This document shows positions 18,384 through 27,976 of a DNA stretch of 64,000 nt, piece after piece. This DNA is from an uncultured Alphaproteobacteria bacterium (GTDB lineage Bacteria > Pseudomonadota > Alphaproteobacteria > Rickettsiales > CAIJLX01). The stretch is from NCBI GenBank assembly GCA_903821695.1, contig CAIJLX010000067.1, forward strand, positions 4,956 through 68,955, read 5' to 3'. The position numbers were made by a program, and so were the translations under genes. Position 1 is the first letter of the stretch. Each line of letters starts with the position of its first letter. The notes beneath the pieces are model-generated. The model did not search any database and was not told the DNA's origin. It worked only from the letters and a program-made list of their open reading frames with translations.

Positions 18384-19955
18384 ATGAAAATTACCACCGA
18401 ATTCGCTAAAGCCGCTGGAACCTGGCCGTTTGAGGAAGCGTTGAAGTTGGTTGAGCGTTTTAAGAAGGCGCCGCCGGCGAAGGGCTATGTGCTGTTTGAA
18501 ACGGGGTATGGGCCTTCGGGCTTGCCGCATATCGGCACGTTTGGTGAGGTGTTGCGTACTAGCATGGTGCGATATGCATTTACGCAGCTTTCGGATCTGC
18601 CGACGAAATTATTCTGTGTGTCGGATGATATGGATGGGTTCCGTAAGGTGCCCTCAAATCTGCCGCAGCCGGAGATGCTCGAAAAACATCTGCATAAACC
18701 GCTGACCCAAGTGCCGGATCCGTTTGGCACACATGCATCCTATGGTGCGCATATGAATGCACGGCTCTGTGCGTTCCTCGATCAGTTCGGGTTTGATTAT
18801 GAATTTAAAAGCGCGACCGAGCTTTATAAAACCGGCGTCTATGACAAGACCCTCAAAATCGCGCTCGAGCGTTATGAAAAAATTATGAAGCTGATGCTGC
18901 CGACATTGGGTGAAGAGCGTCAGCAAACCTATAGCCCGTTCCTGCCCGTCTCGCCGAAAACCGGCCATGTATTGCAGGTGCCAATTTTGGAAACGAAACT
19001 CGATTCCAGCACGATCGTGTTTAAAGATGAAGATGGCACCTTGACCGAAGTGCCCGTCACCGGCGGCCATGTAAAAATGCAGTGGAAGCCGGATATGGGC
19101 ATGCGTTGGGCAGCGCTTGATGTTGATTATGAAATGTATGGCAAAGACCATTTGGTGAACGGCAAACTCTATACCGAAATTTGCCGCATTCTGGGTGGCA
19201 ATCCGCCGGAGCAAATGTTCTATGAAATGTTCCTCGATGAAAAAGGCGAGAAGATTTCCAAATCCAAAGGCAACGGCATTTCGATGGAGCAATGGCTCTC
19301 TTATGCGCCCGACGAAAGCCTCGCGCTTTACATGTTCCAATCGCCACGCAAAGCGAAGAAATTGTATTTCGATGTGATCCCAAAAGCGGTCGATGAATAT
19401 TTGACCTTCCTCGAAAAATATCCGGCGATGGCCGATGCGGATAAACTAAAAAATCCGGTCTGGTATATTCACTCCGGCAACGTGCCTAACATCAAACTGC
19501 CAATCTCTTTCGCACTGCTGCTTAACCTCGCTTCGGTGTGCAACCCGGAATCACCCGCCGTACTCTGGGGCTTCATCAGTAATTATGCCCCCGATGCGAC
19601 GCCGGCTTCGATGCCACTGCTCGATAAACTCGTCACTTTCGCCGTCAAATATTATGATGATTTCGTTGCCCCCAACAAACAATTCCGCCCAGCGACAGAA
19701 GCTGAAAAAATATGCCTAAATAAACTGATCGATTTCCTAAAAACCATCCCAGCCGATGCAACCGGCGAAGTGATCCAAACCGGCATTTACGATATCGGCA
19801 TGCATAACGGCTATGAAAAAAATCTGCGCGATTGGTTTGGTGCGCTCTATGAGATTCTGCTCGGCGCCACACAGGGCCCACGTATGGGCAGTTTCATTGC
19901 GCTGTACGGACGTGATAATATGATCAAGCTGATCAACGAGAAACTCGCTTCCTAA
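18384..19955 (+). CDS. lysK: Lysyl-tRNA synthetase, class I
   Basis: Class I signature PSGLPHIGTFGE (HIGH-type) and KISKSKGNG (KMSKS-type). I prefer the ATG at 18384, because the ATG at 18348 lies inside the hairpin repeat. Confidence 0.92.
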   Translation: MKITTEFAKAAGTWPFEEALKLVERFKKAPPAKGYVLFETGYGPSGLPHIGTFGEVLRTSMVRYAFTQLSDLPTKLFCVSDDMDGFRKVPSNLPQPEMLEKHLHKPLTQVPDPFGTHASYGAHMNARLCAFLDQFGFDYEFKSATELYKTGVYDKTLKIALERYEKIMKLMLPTLGEERQQTYSPFLPVSPKTGHVLQVPILETKLDSSTIVFKDEDGTLTEVPVTGGHVKMQWKPDMGMRWAALDVDYEMYGKDHLVNGKLYTEICRILGGNPPEQMFYEMFLDEKGEKISKSKGNGISMEQWLSYAPDESLALYMFQSPRKAKKLYFDVIPKAVDEYLTFLEKYPAMADADKLKNPVWYIHSGNVPNIKLPISFALLLNLASVCNPESPAVLWGFISNYAPDATPASMPLLDKLVTFAVKYYDDFVAPNKQFRPATEAEKICLNKLIDFLKTIPADATGEVIQTGIYDIGMHNGYEKNLRDWFGALYEILLGATQGPRMGSFIALYGRDNMIKLINEKLAS

Positions 19956-20788
19956 TGCAGTCTTTCTCTTCCCTCGCCGCACTGATTGATGCTCAAAAAC
20001 CAAAAAGTCTTTTGGTTGATTTATGGGGCGTGATTCATGATGGTGAAGCACTTTATCCTGGCGTGGTCGATGGGCTTGGCTATCTCAAACAAAAAAAAGT
20101 CAGCGTCATTTTCCTTTCCAACGCACCACGTCGTGCAAGCGTCGCTGAAGCAAATTTAAAACGCCTCGGCATCGCCCGTGATTTGTATACTGGCATCATC
20201 ACCTCCGGCGAGGCAACGTTTGACTATCTTTCCGCCTCCTCACCCTGGGGCAAAAATTATATCTATATCGGCCCCGAAAAAGACCGCACGTTGCTTGATG
20301 GTTTGCCGTATACGGAAGTGACTCAAGCCAAAGAAGCCAGCTTCGCCATCTGCACCGGTTTTGATCATGATGATTCAACCTTGGCAGAAAAAATGCCCGC
20401 ACTCACCGCCGCCTATATTGCTAAACTTCCTCTCGTGTGTTCGAATCCAGATATGGAAATTGTCCGCCTCAGCGGCAAGCGTCCGCTTTGTGCTGGTGTG
20501 ATGGCGTTATGGTATGAAGAGCAAGGCGGCAATGCCTATTATTTCGGCAAGCCATATAAAAATATCTACGACCTGGCGATTAAAACTTACAACCTAGAAC
20601 CACAAACCACACTCGCGATTGGCGATAATTTGGATACCGATATTAAGGGCGCTAATAATTATGGCGTGCGTAGCGTGCTTGTTACTGGCGGTGTATTAAA
20701 CCAGGAGCTTCAAAGTGGCAAAAAGCTGGAAGATATTTGCCAAGCGAATGGCAATATCCCGAGCTTCACGATTGCCTCATTCCGCTAA
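19955..20788 (+). CDS. HAD-superfamily hydrolase, subfamily IIA
   Basis: 277 aa with the nucleophile motif LVDLWGVIHDG, LSNAPR and IGDNLDTDIKGA. The start overlaps the lysK stop. Confidence 0.8.
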   Translation: MQSFSSLAALIDAQKPKSLLVDLWGVIHDGEALYPGVVDGLGYLKQKKVSVIFLSNAPRRASVAEANLKRLGIARDLYTGIITSGEATFDYLSASSPWGKNYIYIGPEKDRTLLDGLPYTEVTQAKEASFAICTGFDHDDSTLAEKMPALTAAYIAKLPLVCSNPDMEIVRLSGKRPLCAGVMALWYEEQGGNAYYFGKPYKNIYDLAIKTYNLEPQTTLAIGDNLDTDIKGANNYGVRSVLVTGGVLNQELQSGKKLEDICQANGNIPSFTIASFR

Positions 20789-21286
20789 CGCTTTATCCAA
20801 CACCCTGCGCACATCTTTATCGTTCCAATCCACCGGCCCCATCGCACGGCTAATTTCCTGACCTTTTTTGTTGATGATGAGCGTGGTTGGCAAAGCGGAT
20901 ATCTCCAATAACCCAAAAATCTCACCCGTTGTATCTTTAGCAGGCTTTAAATGCGTCAGCTGGTGGCTCGCGTAATATTCACGGATCATTTCCATTTCAG
21001 CGCCACTATCTGCAATCGTCAGCACCACTAGGCCCTTTTTGGCATAGTCCGCTTGCAGCTTATCCAGCATCGGCTTTTCAATTTTGCAGGGCGCGCACCA
21101 GAGTGCCCAGAAATTGGCGATCACTACCTTCCCTTTCGTCTGCGCGTTCAAAAAATCGAGCGGAGGCAAAGACTTAGGGGAAGAAAGCTCAAGATTCCCC
21201 AGCTCCTGAGCAGCCGCAGTTTGCATGCTGATAGTGGTCACAATCAGAAAAATGAATGCACCCAAAATTACGCCTCTGCCTTGCAT
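20777..21286 (-). CDS. Periplasmic thiol:disulfide oxidoreductase, TlpA/ResA/CcmG-like
   Basis: 169 aa with a signal/anchor sequence and the thioredoxin motif FWALWCAPCKIE. Confidence 0.85.
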   Translation of the reverse strand: MQGRGVILGAFIFLIVTTISMQTAAAQELGNLELSSPKSLPPLDFLNAQTKGKVVIANFWALWCAPCKIEKPMLDKLQADYAKKGLVVLTIADSGAEMEMIREYYASHQLTHLKPAKDTTGEIFGLLEISALPTTLIINKKGQEISRAMGPVDWNDKDVRRVLDKALAE

Positions 21287-21333
21287 CTGGAACCTCTATA
21301 CGTTAAGGATATCAAGGATTATAAGGGTTCCCT

Positions 21334-22740
21334 ATGAAGAAAAAAGCGAAATCGGATTCCAAAGCGAACCCCATGTGGGGCGGGCATTTCGCTGCCGCGC
21401 CTTCTGCATTGATGCAAAAAATTAACGCCTCTATTTTCTTCGATAAAAAATTATACGCGCAAGATATCGCCGGCTCGAAAGCGCATGCGGCGATGCTCGC
21501 GAAAAAGAAAATTATCAGCACCGCCGAAAACGAAATTATCCAACGTGGCCTCGATAAAATTCTCCACGAAATCGAAACCGGCCATTTCACCTTCACGGCT
21601 GATCTCGAAGACATCCACATGCATGTCGAATCGCGCCTCAAAGAAATTATCGGTGATGTCAGCGGCAAACTCCACACCGCCCGCAGCCGCAACGATCAAG
21701 TCGCAACCGATTTCCGTTTATATGTGCGCGATGCGATTGATGCGACGGATAAAAGCCTAAAAAAATTGCAGTCTGAGTTGCTCAAAAAAGCCGAGAAGGA
21801 ATTCGACACTATTCTCCCCGGCTTCACCCATTTGCAATGCGCTCAACCTGTCACGTTCGGCCATCATCTTCTCGCTTATGTCGAGATGCTAGGCCGCGAT
21901 CGCTCACGCCTAGCCGACGTACGCAAACGCTTGAATGAATCACCACTAGGTGCCGCAGCACTTGCAGGAACGTCCTATCCGATTGATCGCGAGCAAACAG
22001 CATTAGCACTGGGCTTTGATAGGCCCATGAGCAATTCGCTTGATGCCGTTTCCGATCGCGATTTTGCGATTGAGTTTCTGGCAGCCGCGAGCCTGATCGC
22101 TGTCCATCTCTCGCGCCTGGCAGAAGAAATCGTCGTCTGGATGAGCCAGCCGTTTGGCTTCATCACACTATCCGATGCTTTCACTTCCGGCAGCTCCATC
22201 ATGCCACAAAAACGCAACCCCGATGCGGCAGAATTGGTGCGCGCAAAAACCGGCCGTGTGTTTGGTAGCCTGACGACATTGCTCACCGTAATGAAGGGCC
22301 TACCACTCGCTTATTCGAAAGATATGCAGGAAGATAAAGAACCGGTGTTTGATTGCGTTGAAACATTAGAGATTATTATTCCGGCGATGAGCGGTATGAT
22401 TGCCGATCTCAAAGTGAACGCTGGCGCGATGCGCAAAGCAGCAGAACTTCCATTTATTACAGCGACTGATCTTGCGGATTGGTTGGCGCAAACGTTTAAA
22501 ATTCCATTCCGTCAATGCCATCACATTACCGGCAAATTGGTGAAGAAGGCGGAAGAGAAAAAATGTGACTTGAAGGATTTGAGCTTGAAGGAAATGCAAT
22601 CGGTTGAACCTAAAATTACAGATGAAGTGTATTCTGTGCTGACATTGGAATATTCGGTGAATAGCCGCAAATCCTATGGCGGAACGGCACCTGCTAATGT
22701 TAAAAAAATGATCGCAAAAGCAAAGAGGATGTATTTATGA
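21334..22740 (+). CDS. argH: Argininosuccinate lyase
   Basis: 468 aa with WGGHF, the fumarate-lyase signature [12 protein letters not shown] and [13 protein letters not shown]. Confidence 0.97.
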   Translation: MKKKAKSDSKANPMWGGHFAAAPSALMQKINASIFFDKKLYAQDIAGSKAHAAMLAKKKIISTAENEIIQRGLDKILHEIETGHFTFTADLEDIHMHVESRLKEIIGDVSGKLHTARSRNDQVATDFRLYVRDAIDATDKSLKKLQSELLKKAEKEFDTILPGFTHLQCAQPVTFGHHLLAYVEMLGRDRSRLADVRKRLNESPLGAAALAGTSYPIDREQTALALGFDRPMSNSLDAVSDRDFAIEFLAAASLIAVHLSRLAEEIVVWMSQPFGFITLSDAFTSGSSIMPQKRNPDAAELVRAKTGRVFGSLTTLLTVMKGLPLAYSKDMQEDKEPVFDCVETLEIIIPAMSGMIADLKVNAGAMRKAAELPFITATDLADWLAQTFKIPFRQCHHITGKLVKKAEEKKCDLKDLSLKEMQSVEPKITDEVYSVLTLEYSVNSRKSYGGTAPANVKKMIAKAKRMYL

Positions 22741-22946
22741 ACCAGCAACCGGAAAGAGATATTTTCAATACGAAATGGGTCATCATCGGCGTTGTCGTGG
22801 TCTCATTAGTGATGCCGATTGTGAGTAGCTGTGGTGTAAAAGGCGACCTCAAACATCCGAAAAATTATGAGGCGACCAACCCTAAAACTGTGCAGCCCGC
22901 GCCACCAGAATCCGCACAATCAATACAGCCAGAACCTGTAAAATAA
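22737..22946 (+). CDS. lptM: Small lipoprotein, LptM/YifL-like
   Basis: 69 aa with lipobox [13 protein letters not shown], which resembles the CGxKGPLxxP motif of YifL/LptM. Its ATGA overlaps the argH stop. The location just upstream of lysA is typical. Confidence 0.6.
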   Translation: MNQQPERDIFNTKWVIIGVVVVSLVMPIVSSCGVKGDLKHPKNYEATNPKTVQPAPPESAQSIQPEPVK

Positions 22947-22950
22947 TTCG

Positions 22951-24210
22951 ATGGAACATTTCACTTACGCGCAGGGCAATCTGCAAGCAGAAGACGTCTC
23001 TATTGCGACGATTGCAGAATCCGTTGGCACTCCGTTTTATTGCTATTCAACCGCCACTCTCGTGCGCCATTTTCGCGTATTTAAAGAGGCGTTTCAAGAT
23101 GTGCCCGCGCTCATTTGCTATGCTCTAAAAGCAAACTCCAACCAAGCCATCATCAAAACCCTCGCCAAAGAAGGTGCGGGTGCCGATGTCGTTTCCGAAG
23201 GCGAAATCCGCCGCGCACTCGCAGCAGGAATCCCTGCTAACAAAATCGTGTTCTCCGGTATGGGAAAAACCATCCAGGAAATTACTTACGCGCTTGAAGT
23301 TGGCATTTTACAATTCAACATCGAATCCGAATCCGAACTCGAAGCACTCAGCCACATCGCCCAACGCAAAAACAAAACGGCAGAAATCGCGATCCGTGTC
23401 ACGCCAGATGTCGATGGTGGCACACACGCCAAAATCACCACCGGCACGAAGATCAGCAAATTCGGTATCGATATCAGCCAAGCGCCTGCCCTTTACCAGA
23501 AAGCGGCGAGCTTACCTAACATCGCCGTCAAATCCGTCTCCTGCCATATCGGCTCACAAATCACAGCGTTGGAGCCATTCCAAAAAGCCTTCTCCCGCGT
23601 CATCGATCTGGTGAAAGATCTGCGCGCCGCTGGTCACACCATTGAGCGCTTAGATTTGGGTGGCGGCTTGGGCATTCCGTATGATGGTGATCAAACCCCA
23701 CCGACGCCGGCGGAATATGCGGCCGTGGTGAAAAACCTCACCCGCAATCTTGGCTGCACACTTATGTTCGAGCCCGGCCGCCTCATCGTCGGCAATGCGG
23801 GAATTTTGGTCTCGCGCGTCATCAGCCTTAAAAAAACACCTGCCCGCGAATTCCTCGTCGTCGATGCCGGCATGAACGATCTCGTGCGCCCTACCCTCTA
23901 TGATGCGTTCCACGAAATCGTTCCCGTAAAAATTCCAAAGGCAGATACACGTCGCACATTCGATGTCGTCGGCCCCGTCTGTGAAACCGGCGACGTCTTC
24001 GCTCGCGACCGCGTATTGCCTGTATTTGAAACCGGTGACCTCATCGCCTTCCGCAGCGCCGGTGCGTATGGCGCAAGCATGAGCAACACGTATAATTCGC
24101 GTCAGCTTGTTCCTGAAGTACTAGTAAAAGGAGGCGAATTTTCCGTCATCCGCGAACGCCAAACCTACGAGCAACTCATCGCGCAGGACAAATTACCGAA
24201 CTGGCTTTAA
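22951..24210 (+). CDS. lysA: Diaminopimelate decarboxylase
   Basis: 419 aa. PLP-binding YALKAN, GGGLGIPY and the CETGD active-site region. Confidence 0.96.
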   Translation: MEHFTYAQGNLQAEDVSIATIAESVGTPFYCYSTATLVRHFRVFKEAFQDVPALICYALKANSNQAIIKTLAKEGAGADVVSEGEIRRALAAGIPANKIVFSGMGKTIQEITYALEVGILQFNIESESELEALSHIAQRKNKTAEIAIRVTPDVDGGTHAKITTGTKISKFGIDISQAPALYQKAASLPNIAVKSVSCHIGSQITALEPFQKAFSRVIDLVKDLRAAGHTIERLDLGGGLGIPYDGDQTPPTPAEYAAVVKNLTRNLGCTLMFEPGRLIVGNAGILVSRVISLKKTPAREFLVVDAGMNDLVRPTLYDAFHEIVPVKIPKADTRRTFDVVGPVCETGDVFARDRVLPVFETGDLIAFRSAGAYGASMSNTYNSRQLVPEVLVKGGEFSVIRERQTYEQLIAQDKLPNWL

Positions 24211-27200
24211 ACCCACGATCGCCTGTTTGCCTTCGATTTCTTCTTCAACTTTGAAGTTCATATTGGCGGGTTCCGCGATGGAGCCTTGCGCGAGCGTTTG
24301 ATCCTCGATCATCTTCTGCCACTGGGTAAATGCCGCTTCCAATTCCGCATCGCCTTTAAATGACAGCGTGATGTGATCGGTAATTTCCAAGCCAGCATCT
24401 TTACGCGCCTGCTGCACCATGCGGATAATGTCGCGCGCATAACCTTCGTTGCGCAGTTCAGGTGTAAGATTCAAATCGAGAATCACTAAGCCATCTTGCG
24501 CAGGCAGTGGCTCGGTGCCTTTTTTATTTTTGGGCTCTAGCAGCGCCGTATATTCGTCGTCATAATGACGCAGCGTTTCTCCCGCGACTTCGATTTCGCC
24601 GCGACCGAGGAATTTATATTCGCCCTTTTTGATCGCCGGGATGATCTGCTTCATTTTATCTTCTTTGCCTTCGGCTTTCAGGCGCTTGCCGAGGATTGCG
24701 AAATTTGGCTGCACTTTGTGTGTCGCATGCGCTTCGACTTTTGCCTCCAAGCGCACTTCTTTCACATTCAACTCATCCGAAATCAAATCGAAATAGGGCT
24801 TCAAACTCTCTGCATCTTTATGCACGATGGTAAGCGTTTGCAGCGGCTGGCGCACACGCATCTGCTCCACATTACGGATCGAAAGCGCGGCGGTGCACAC
24901 CTCGCGCACTTTATCCATCTGGCTCACCACATCGACATGCAAACCTTGCGCATGCACTTCTGGGAACTGCGTTAAATGCACGCTTTCTTCGCCCGTCAGC
25001 CCACGGAAAATTGCTTCGGTCGTCAGTGGCAATAACGGCGCAAGCGCGCGGCACATCACAGTGAGCGCCGTATAAAGCGTGTCATAGGCCGCTTGTTTAT
25101 CCGCATCTTTCTCGCCCTTCCAGAAGCGTTCGCGCGAACGGCGGATATACCAATTATTGAGCGCATCAAAGAAGTCTCCGCCCGCTTTGCATGCAGTCGG
25201 CACATCATAATTATCCATCGCATGACCAACAGCTCCAACCGAAAGCATCGCTTTGGTGAGGATATATTGATCCATCACATTATCGGATTTCAGATTTTTG
25301 GTTTCGCTTGCCTTAATGCCATCCGCATTCGCATAGAGCGTGAAGAAGTGATACGCGTTCCAGATTGGTTTGATGATGAGGCGAGAAATTTCGCGGACAT
25401 CGGAGCCATCTTTCGCGATCAATAATTCACCGCCTTGCATGATGGGCGAGGAGACCATCCGCCAACGCAACGCATCGGCCCCATATTGGGCGAAGAGTTC
25501 CATGGGGTCGGCATAATTGTTTAAACGCTTGGAAAGTTTTTGGCCTTTTTCATCAAGCACTACACCATGGCAGATGACGTTTAAGAACGGTGGTTTATCG
25601 AAGAGCGCGGTGCTTAACACCATCAACGTATAAAACCAGCCACGGGTTTGCGCTTCATATTCGACGATGAAATCGGCTGGGAAATGATCGTGGAACCAGT
25701 CTTTGTTTTCGAACGGATAATGCACCTGCGCGAATGGCATCGAGCCGGATTCAAACCAGCAATCGAATACATCGGTCACACGTTTCCAGGTTTCACCATT
25801 CTCGGTTTTGGTCAAATTATCGATGAATGGGCGATGCAAATCTTCGACTTTTTGGCCGAAGAAATCTTCCAATTCTTTGATCGAGCCGAATACTTTGATT
25901 TTGCCGCTTTCGGTTTTCCACACAGGAATTGGGCTGCCCCAATAACGGTTGCGCGAGATCGACCAATCGCGCGCGCCTTCGAGCCATTTGCCGAAACGGC
26001 CATCTTTAATATGCGATGGAATCCAGTTGATCTGTTGATTGAGCTCGACCATGCGCTGGTTAAACTTCGTCACCTCAACATACCAACTCGGCAGTGCGCG
26101 ATAAATCAACGGCGTATCCGTGCGCCAGCAATGTGGGTAATTATGTTTTATGTCTTCTTGTTTGATCAACTGCCCATGCAATTTCAGCCAAGCAATAATC
26201 CGTAAATTGACGAGGCCGTATTTCGAAAGCTGCGAATCCGTATAAGGCTCATCCGCCGCCTTACGCACATCCGCCACGACGTTCAATCCTTTGAGCGTCA
26301 AATCCGGCAAATCAAAAATCTCCGGCGTATATTTACCCGCCGAATCAACCGGACACACAATCTCAATCCCATTCTCCGCACACACACGCTGGTCATCTTC
26401 ACCAAAGCCGGGAGCGAGATGTACAACGCCGGTGCCTGAACCGGATTCCAAAAAATCTCCAGCCAATATTTTGAAAGCATTCTTTGTTTCAGAAAAGTAT
26501 GGGAAAAGCGGCTCGTATTCCAGACCTATCAAATCTTCTGTAAATACATACTCATGATTTTCTTTCATTCCTTTTTCGTCTGCAAAGAAACTCGCATATT
26601 GCGATGTTAGAGCTTCTAAAGAAAGTATATAGCAGTCATTGCCTTTTACTTGTGCTGCATAAGCTATCTTCTTGGAGGACTCAGGTGCATCAATTGCCAA
26701 TGCTAAGTTGCTGGGTAGAGTCCACGGTGTAGTTGTCCAAGCTAGTACATAATAGTTTTGACAACCTTCCGGGGCTCTCTTAGGGCGTTGCTTAAGTTTA
26801 AACGCAACCGTAACCGCCCGGTCTTCCCGCTCCCGATACGCATTATCCATCCGTGTCTCAAAATTTGAGACTGGGGTTTCCATGGCCCAGCTGTAGGGCA
26901 TGACACGGTAGGATTCGTAGAGGAGGCCTTTGTCGTAGAGTTGTTTGAAAGCCCAGAGGACGGATTCCATGTAATCTTTGTTCATGGTTTTGTAATCGTT
27001 CTGGAAATCGACCCAGCGGGCTTGGCGGGTGACGTAGGTTTCCCACTCATGGGCGTATTTCATGACGCTGGTGCGGCAATAATCATTGAATTTGGCGATG
27101 CCGTATTGCTCGATCGCCATTTTGCCGGAGACGCCGAGTTCTTTTTCAGCGGCCATTTCAGCGGGCATGCCGTGGCAATCCCACCCAAAGCGGCGCTCAA

Positions 27201-27456
27201 CCCGGCAGCCTTTCATGGTGTGGTAACGGGCGAAAATGTCTTTTACGAAGCCCGTAAGCAGGTGGCCATAGTGCGGCAGGCCGTTGGCGAAGGGCGGGCC
27301 ATCATAAAACACATAGTCCTTGGCGCCCTCCCGGGCAGAAGGGTTCTCTTCGATGCTTTTTTTGAAAGTTGCGCTTGTTTTCCAATAGCTTAGGACATCC
27401 TGCTCCAGTTTTGGGAAATCAGGGGTGGCGGCAGTTTCAGGATAATGTTTTTTCAT
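24193..27456 (-). CDS. ileS: Isoleucyl-tRNA synthetase, type 2 (eukaryote-like)
   Basis: 1087 aa with PFANGLPHYGH (HIGH) and KLSKRLNNY (KMSKS), plus length and C-terminus of the type 2 form. Its 3' end overlaps lysA convergently by 18 nt. Confidence 0.95.
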   Translation of the reverse strand: MKKHYPETAATPDFPKLEQDVLSYWKTSATFKKSIEENPSAREGAKDYVFYDGPPFANGLPHYGHLLTGFVKDIFARYHTMKGCRVERRFGWDCHGMPAEMAAEKELGVSGKMAIEQYGIAKFNDYCRTSVMKYAHEWETYVTRQARWVDFQNDYKTMNKDYMESVLWAFKQLYDKGLLYESYRVMPYSWAMETPVSNFETRMDNAYREREDRAVTVAFKLKQRPKRAPEGCQNYYVLAWTTTPWTLPSNLALAIDAPESSKKIAYAAQVKGNDCYILSLEALTSQYASFFADEKGMKENHEYVFTEDLIGLEYEPLFPYFSETKNAFKILAGDFLESGSGTGVVHLAPGFGEDDQRVCAENGIEIVCPVDSAGKYTPEIFDLPDLTLKGLNVVADVRKAADEPYTDSQLSKYGLVNLRIIAWLKLHGQLIKQEDIKHNYPHCWRTDTPLIYRALPSWYVEVTKFNQRMVELNQQINWIPSHIKDGRFGKWLEGARDWSISRNRYWGSPIPVWKTESGKIKVFGSIKELEDFFGQKVEDLHRPFIDNLTKTENGETWKRVTDVFDCWFESGSMPFAQVHYPFENKDWFHDHFPADFIVEYEAQTRGWFYTLMVLSTALFDKPPFLNVICHGVVLDEKGQKLSKRLNNYADPMELFAQYGADALRWRMVSSPIMQGGELLIAKDGSDVREISRLIIKPIWNAYHFFTLYANADGIKASETKNLKSDNVMDQYILTKAMLSVGAVGHAMDNYDVPTACKAGGDFFDALNNWYIRRSRERFWKGEKDADKQAAYDTLYTALTVMCRALAPLLPLTTEAIFRGLTGEESVHLTQFPEVHAQGLHVDVVSQMDKVREVCTAALSIRNVEQMRVRQPLQTLTIVHKDAESLKPYFDLISDELNVKEVRLEAKVEAHATHKVQPNFAILGKRLKAEGKEDKMKQIIPAIKKGEYKFLGRGEIEVAGETLRHYDDEYTALLEPKNKKGTEPLPAQDGLVILDLNLTPELRNEGYARDIIRMVQQARKDAGLEITDHITLSFKGDAELEAAFTQWQKMIEDQTLAQGSIAEPANMNFKVEEEIEGKQAIVGLKPVR

Positions 27457-27557
27457 GATGGATCAGCATTTTATAAGGAATTAATACGGCGTCATTAAAA
27501 ATCTGTTCAAATTCTGATGTTTTTTGTGCTAGGGTTCGTTCATTCAAGAGGCATTTT

Positions 27558-27710
27558 ATGAACAATGTTATCCAAATCCCAACCCTGGTTGCCCGCTCTT
27601 CCTCTGTTCGCATTCGCGAGTTTCGGGCGTTAGAGCGCATTGCCACTTGCACTTCCTATGTGTTGGGCTGGGTGAAATCTGAAGCTGTTGCTACTTCCAA
27701 ATCTGCTTGA
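27558..27710 (+). CDS. Small hypothetical ORF (50 aa)
   Basis: Hand-translated as [50 protein letters not shown]. It has an AAGAGG RBS 7 nt upstream of the ATG. Its TGA overlaps the TTG of the next ORF (TTGA). Confidence 0.3.
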   Translation: MNNVIQIPTLVARSSSVRIREFRALERIATCTSYVLGWVKSEAVATSKSA

Positions 27711-27976
27711 AAACCACGTTCAAAAACGCCGCGTTGTTTGCCAATGATGGGGTGGATATTATCATGCTCTGCCGTGGCGAAACGGTTTCCGGCAAACCTT
27801 ATTATGCTTTCATCAAAATAAAACCCTCCCGCTTTTCCGCCTTCGAACGCGCGCAGCAAGAACCAGAATCATTTGATCTTTATGATTACGGCGATGTGCT
27901 GAATTTTGATTATGCCCACACCCCGCCGCAAGAAGTGATCGATAAAATGCGCGCGCAATATGGCGGCAATCTCTAA
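27707..27976 (+). CDS. Hypothetical protein (89 aa if TTG start)
   Basis: Track ORF. The sequence has ordinary composition ([58 protein letters not shown]). The competing minus-strand ORF 27656-27859 looks worse. Start is uncertain (TTG 27707 or ATG 27764). Confidence 0.45.
   Translation: MKTTFKNAALFANDGVDIIMLCRGETVSGKPYYAFIKIKPSRFSAFERAQQEPESFDLYDYGDVLNFDYAHTPPQEVIDKMRAQYGGNL

Noticed and set aside
18186-18530. 114-aa minus-strand ORF spanning the tolB-lysK junction
   Set aside because: It is created by reading through the palindromic hairpin repeats (IPAKAGIH / WIPTCVGM peptides) and overlaps both flanking real genes.
27457-27557. GGTTCGTTC T-loop-like string and general search for tRNA, tmRNA or SRP RNA in the ileS upstream gap and other intergenic regions
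   Set aside because: No complementary T-stem or acceptor stem can be drawn around it. I saw no GGTTCGAATCC-type tRNA signature or SRP motif anywhere in the window.
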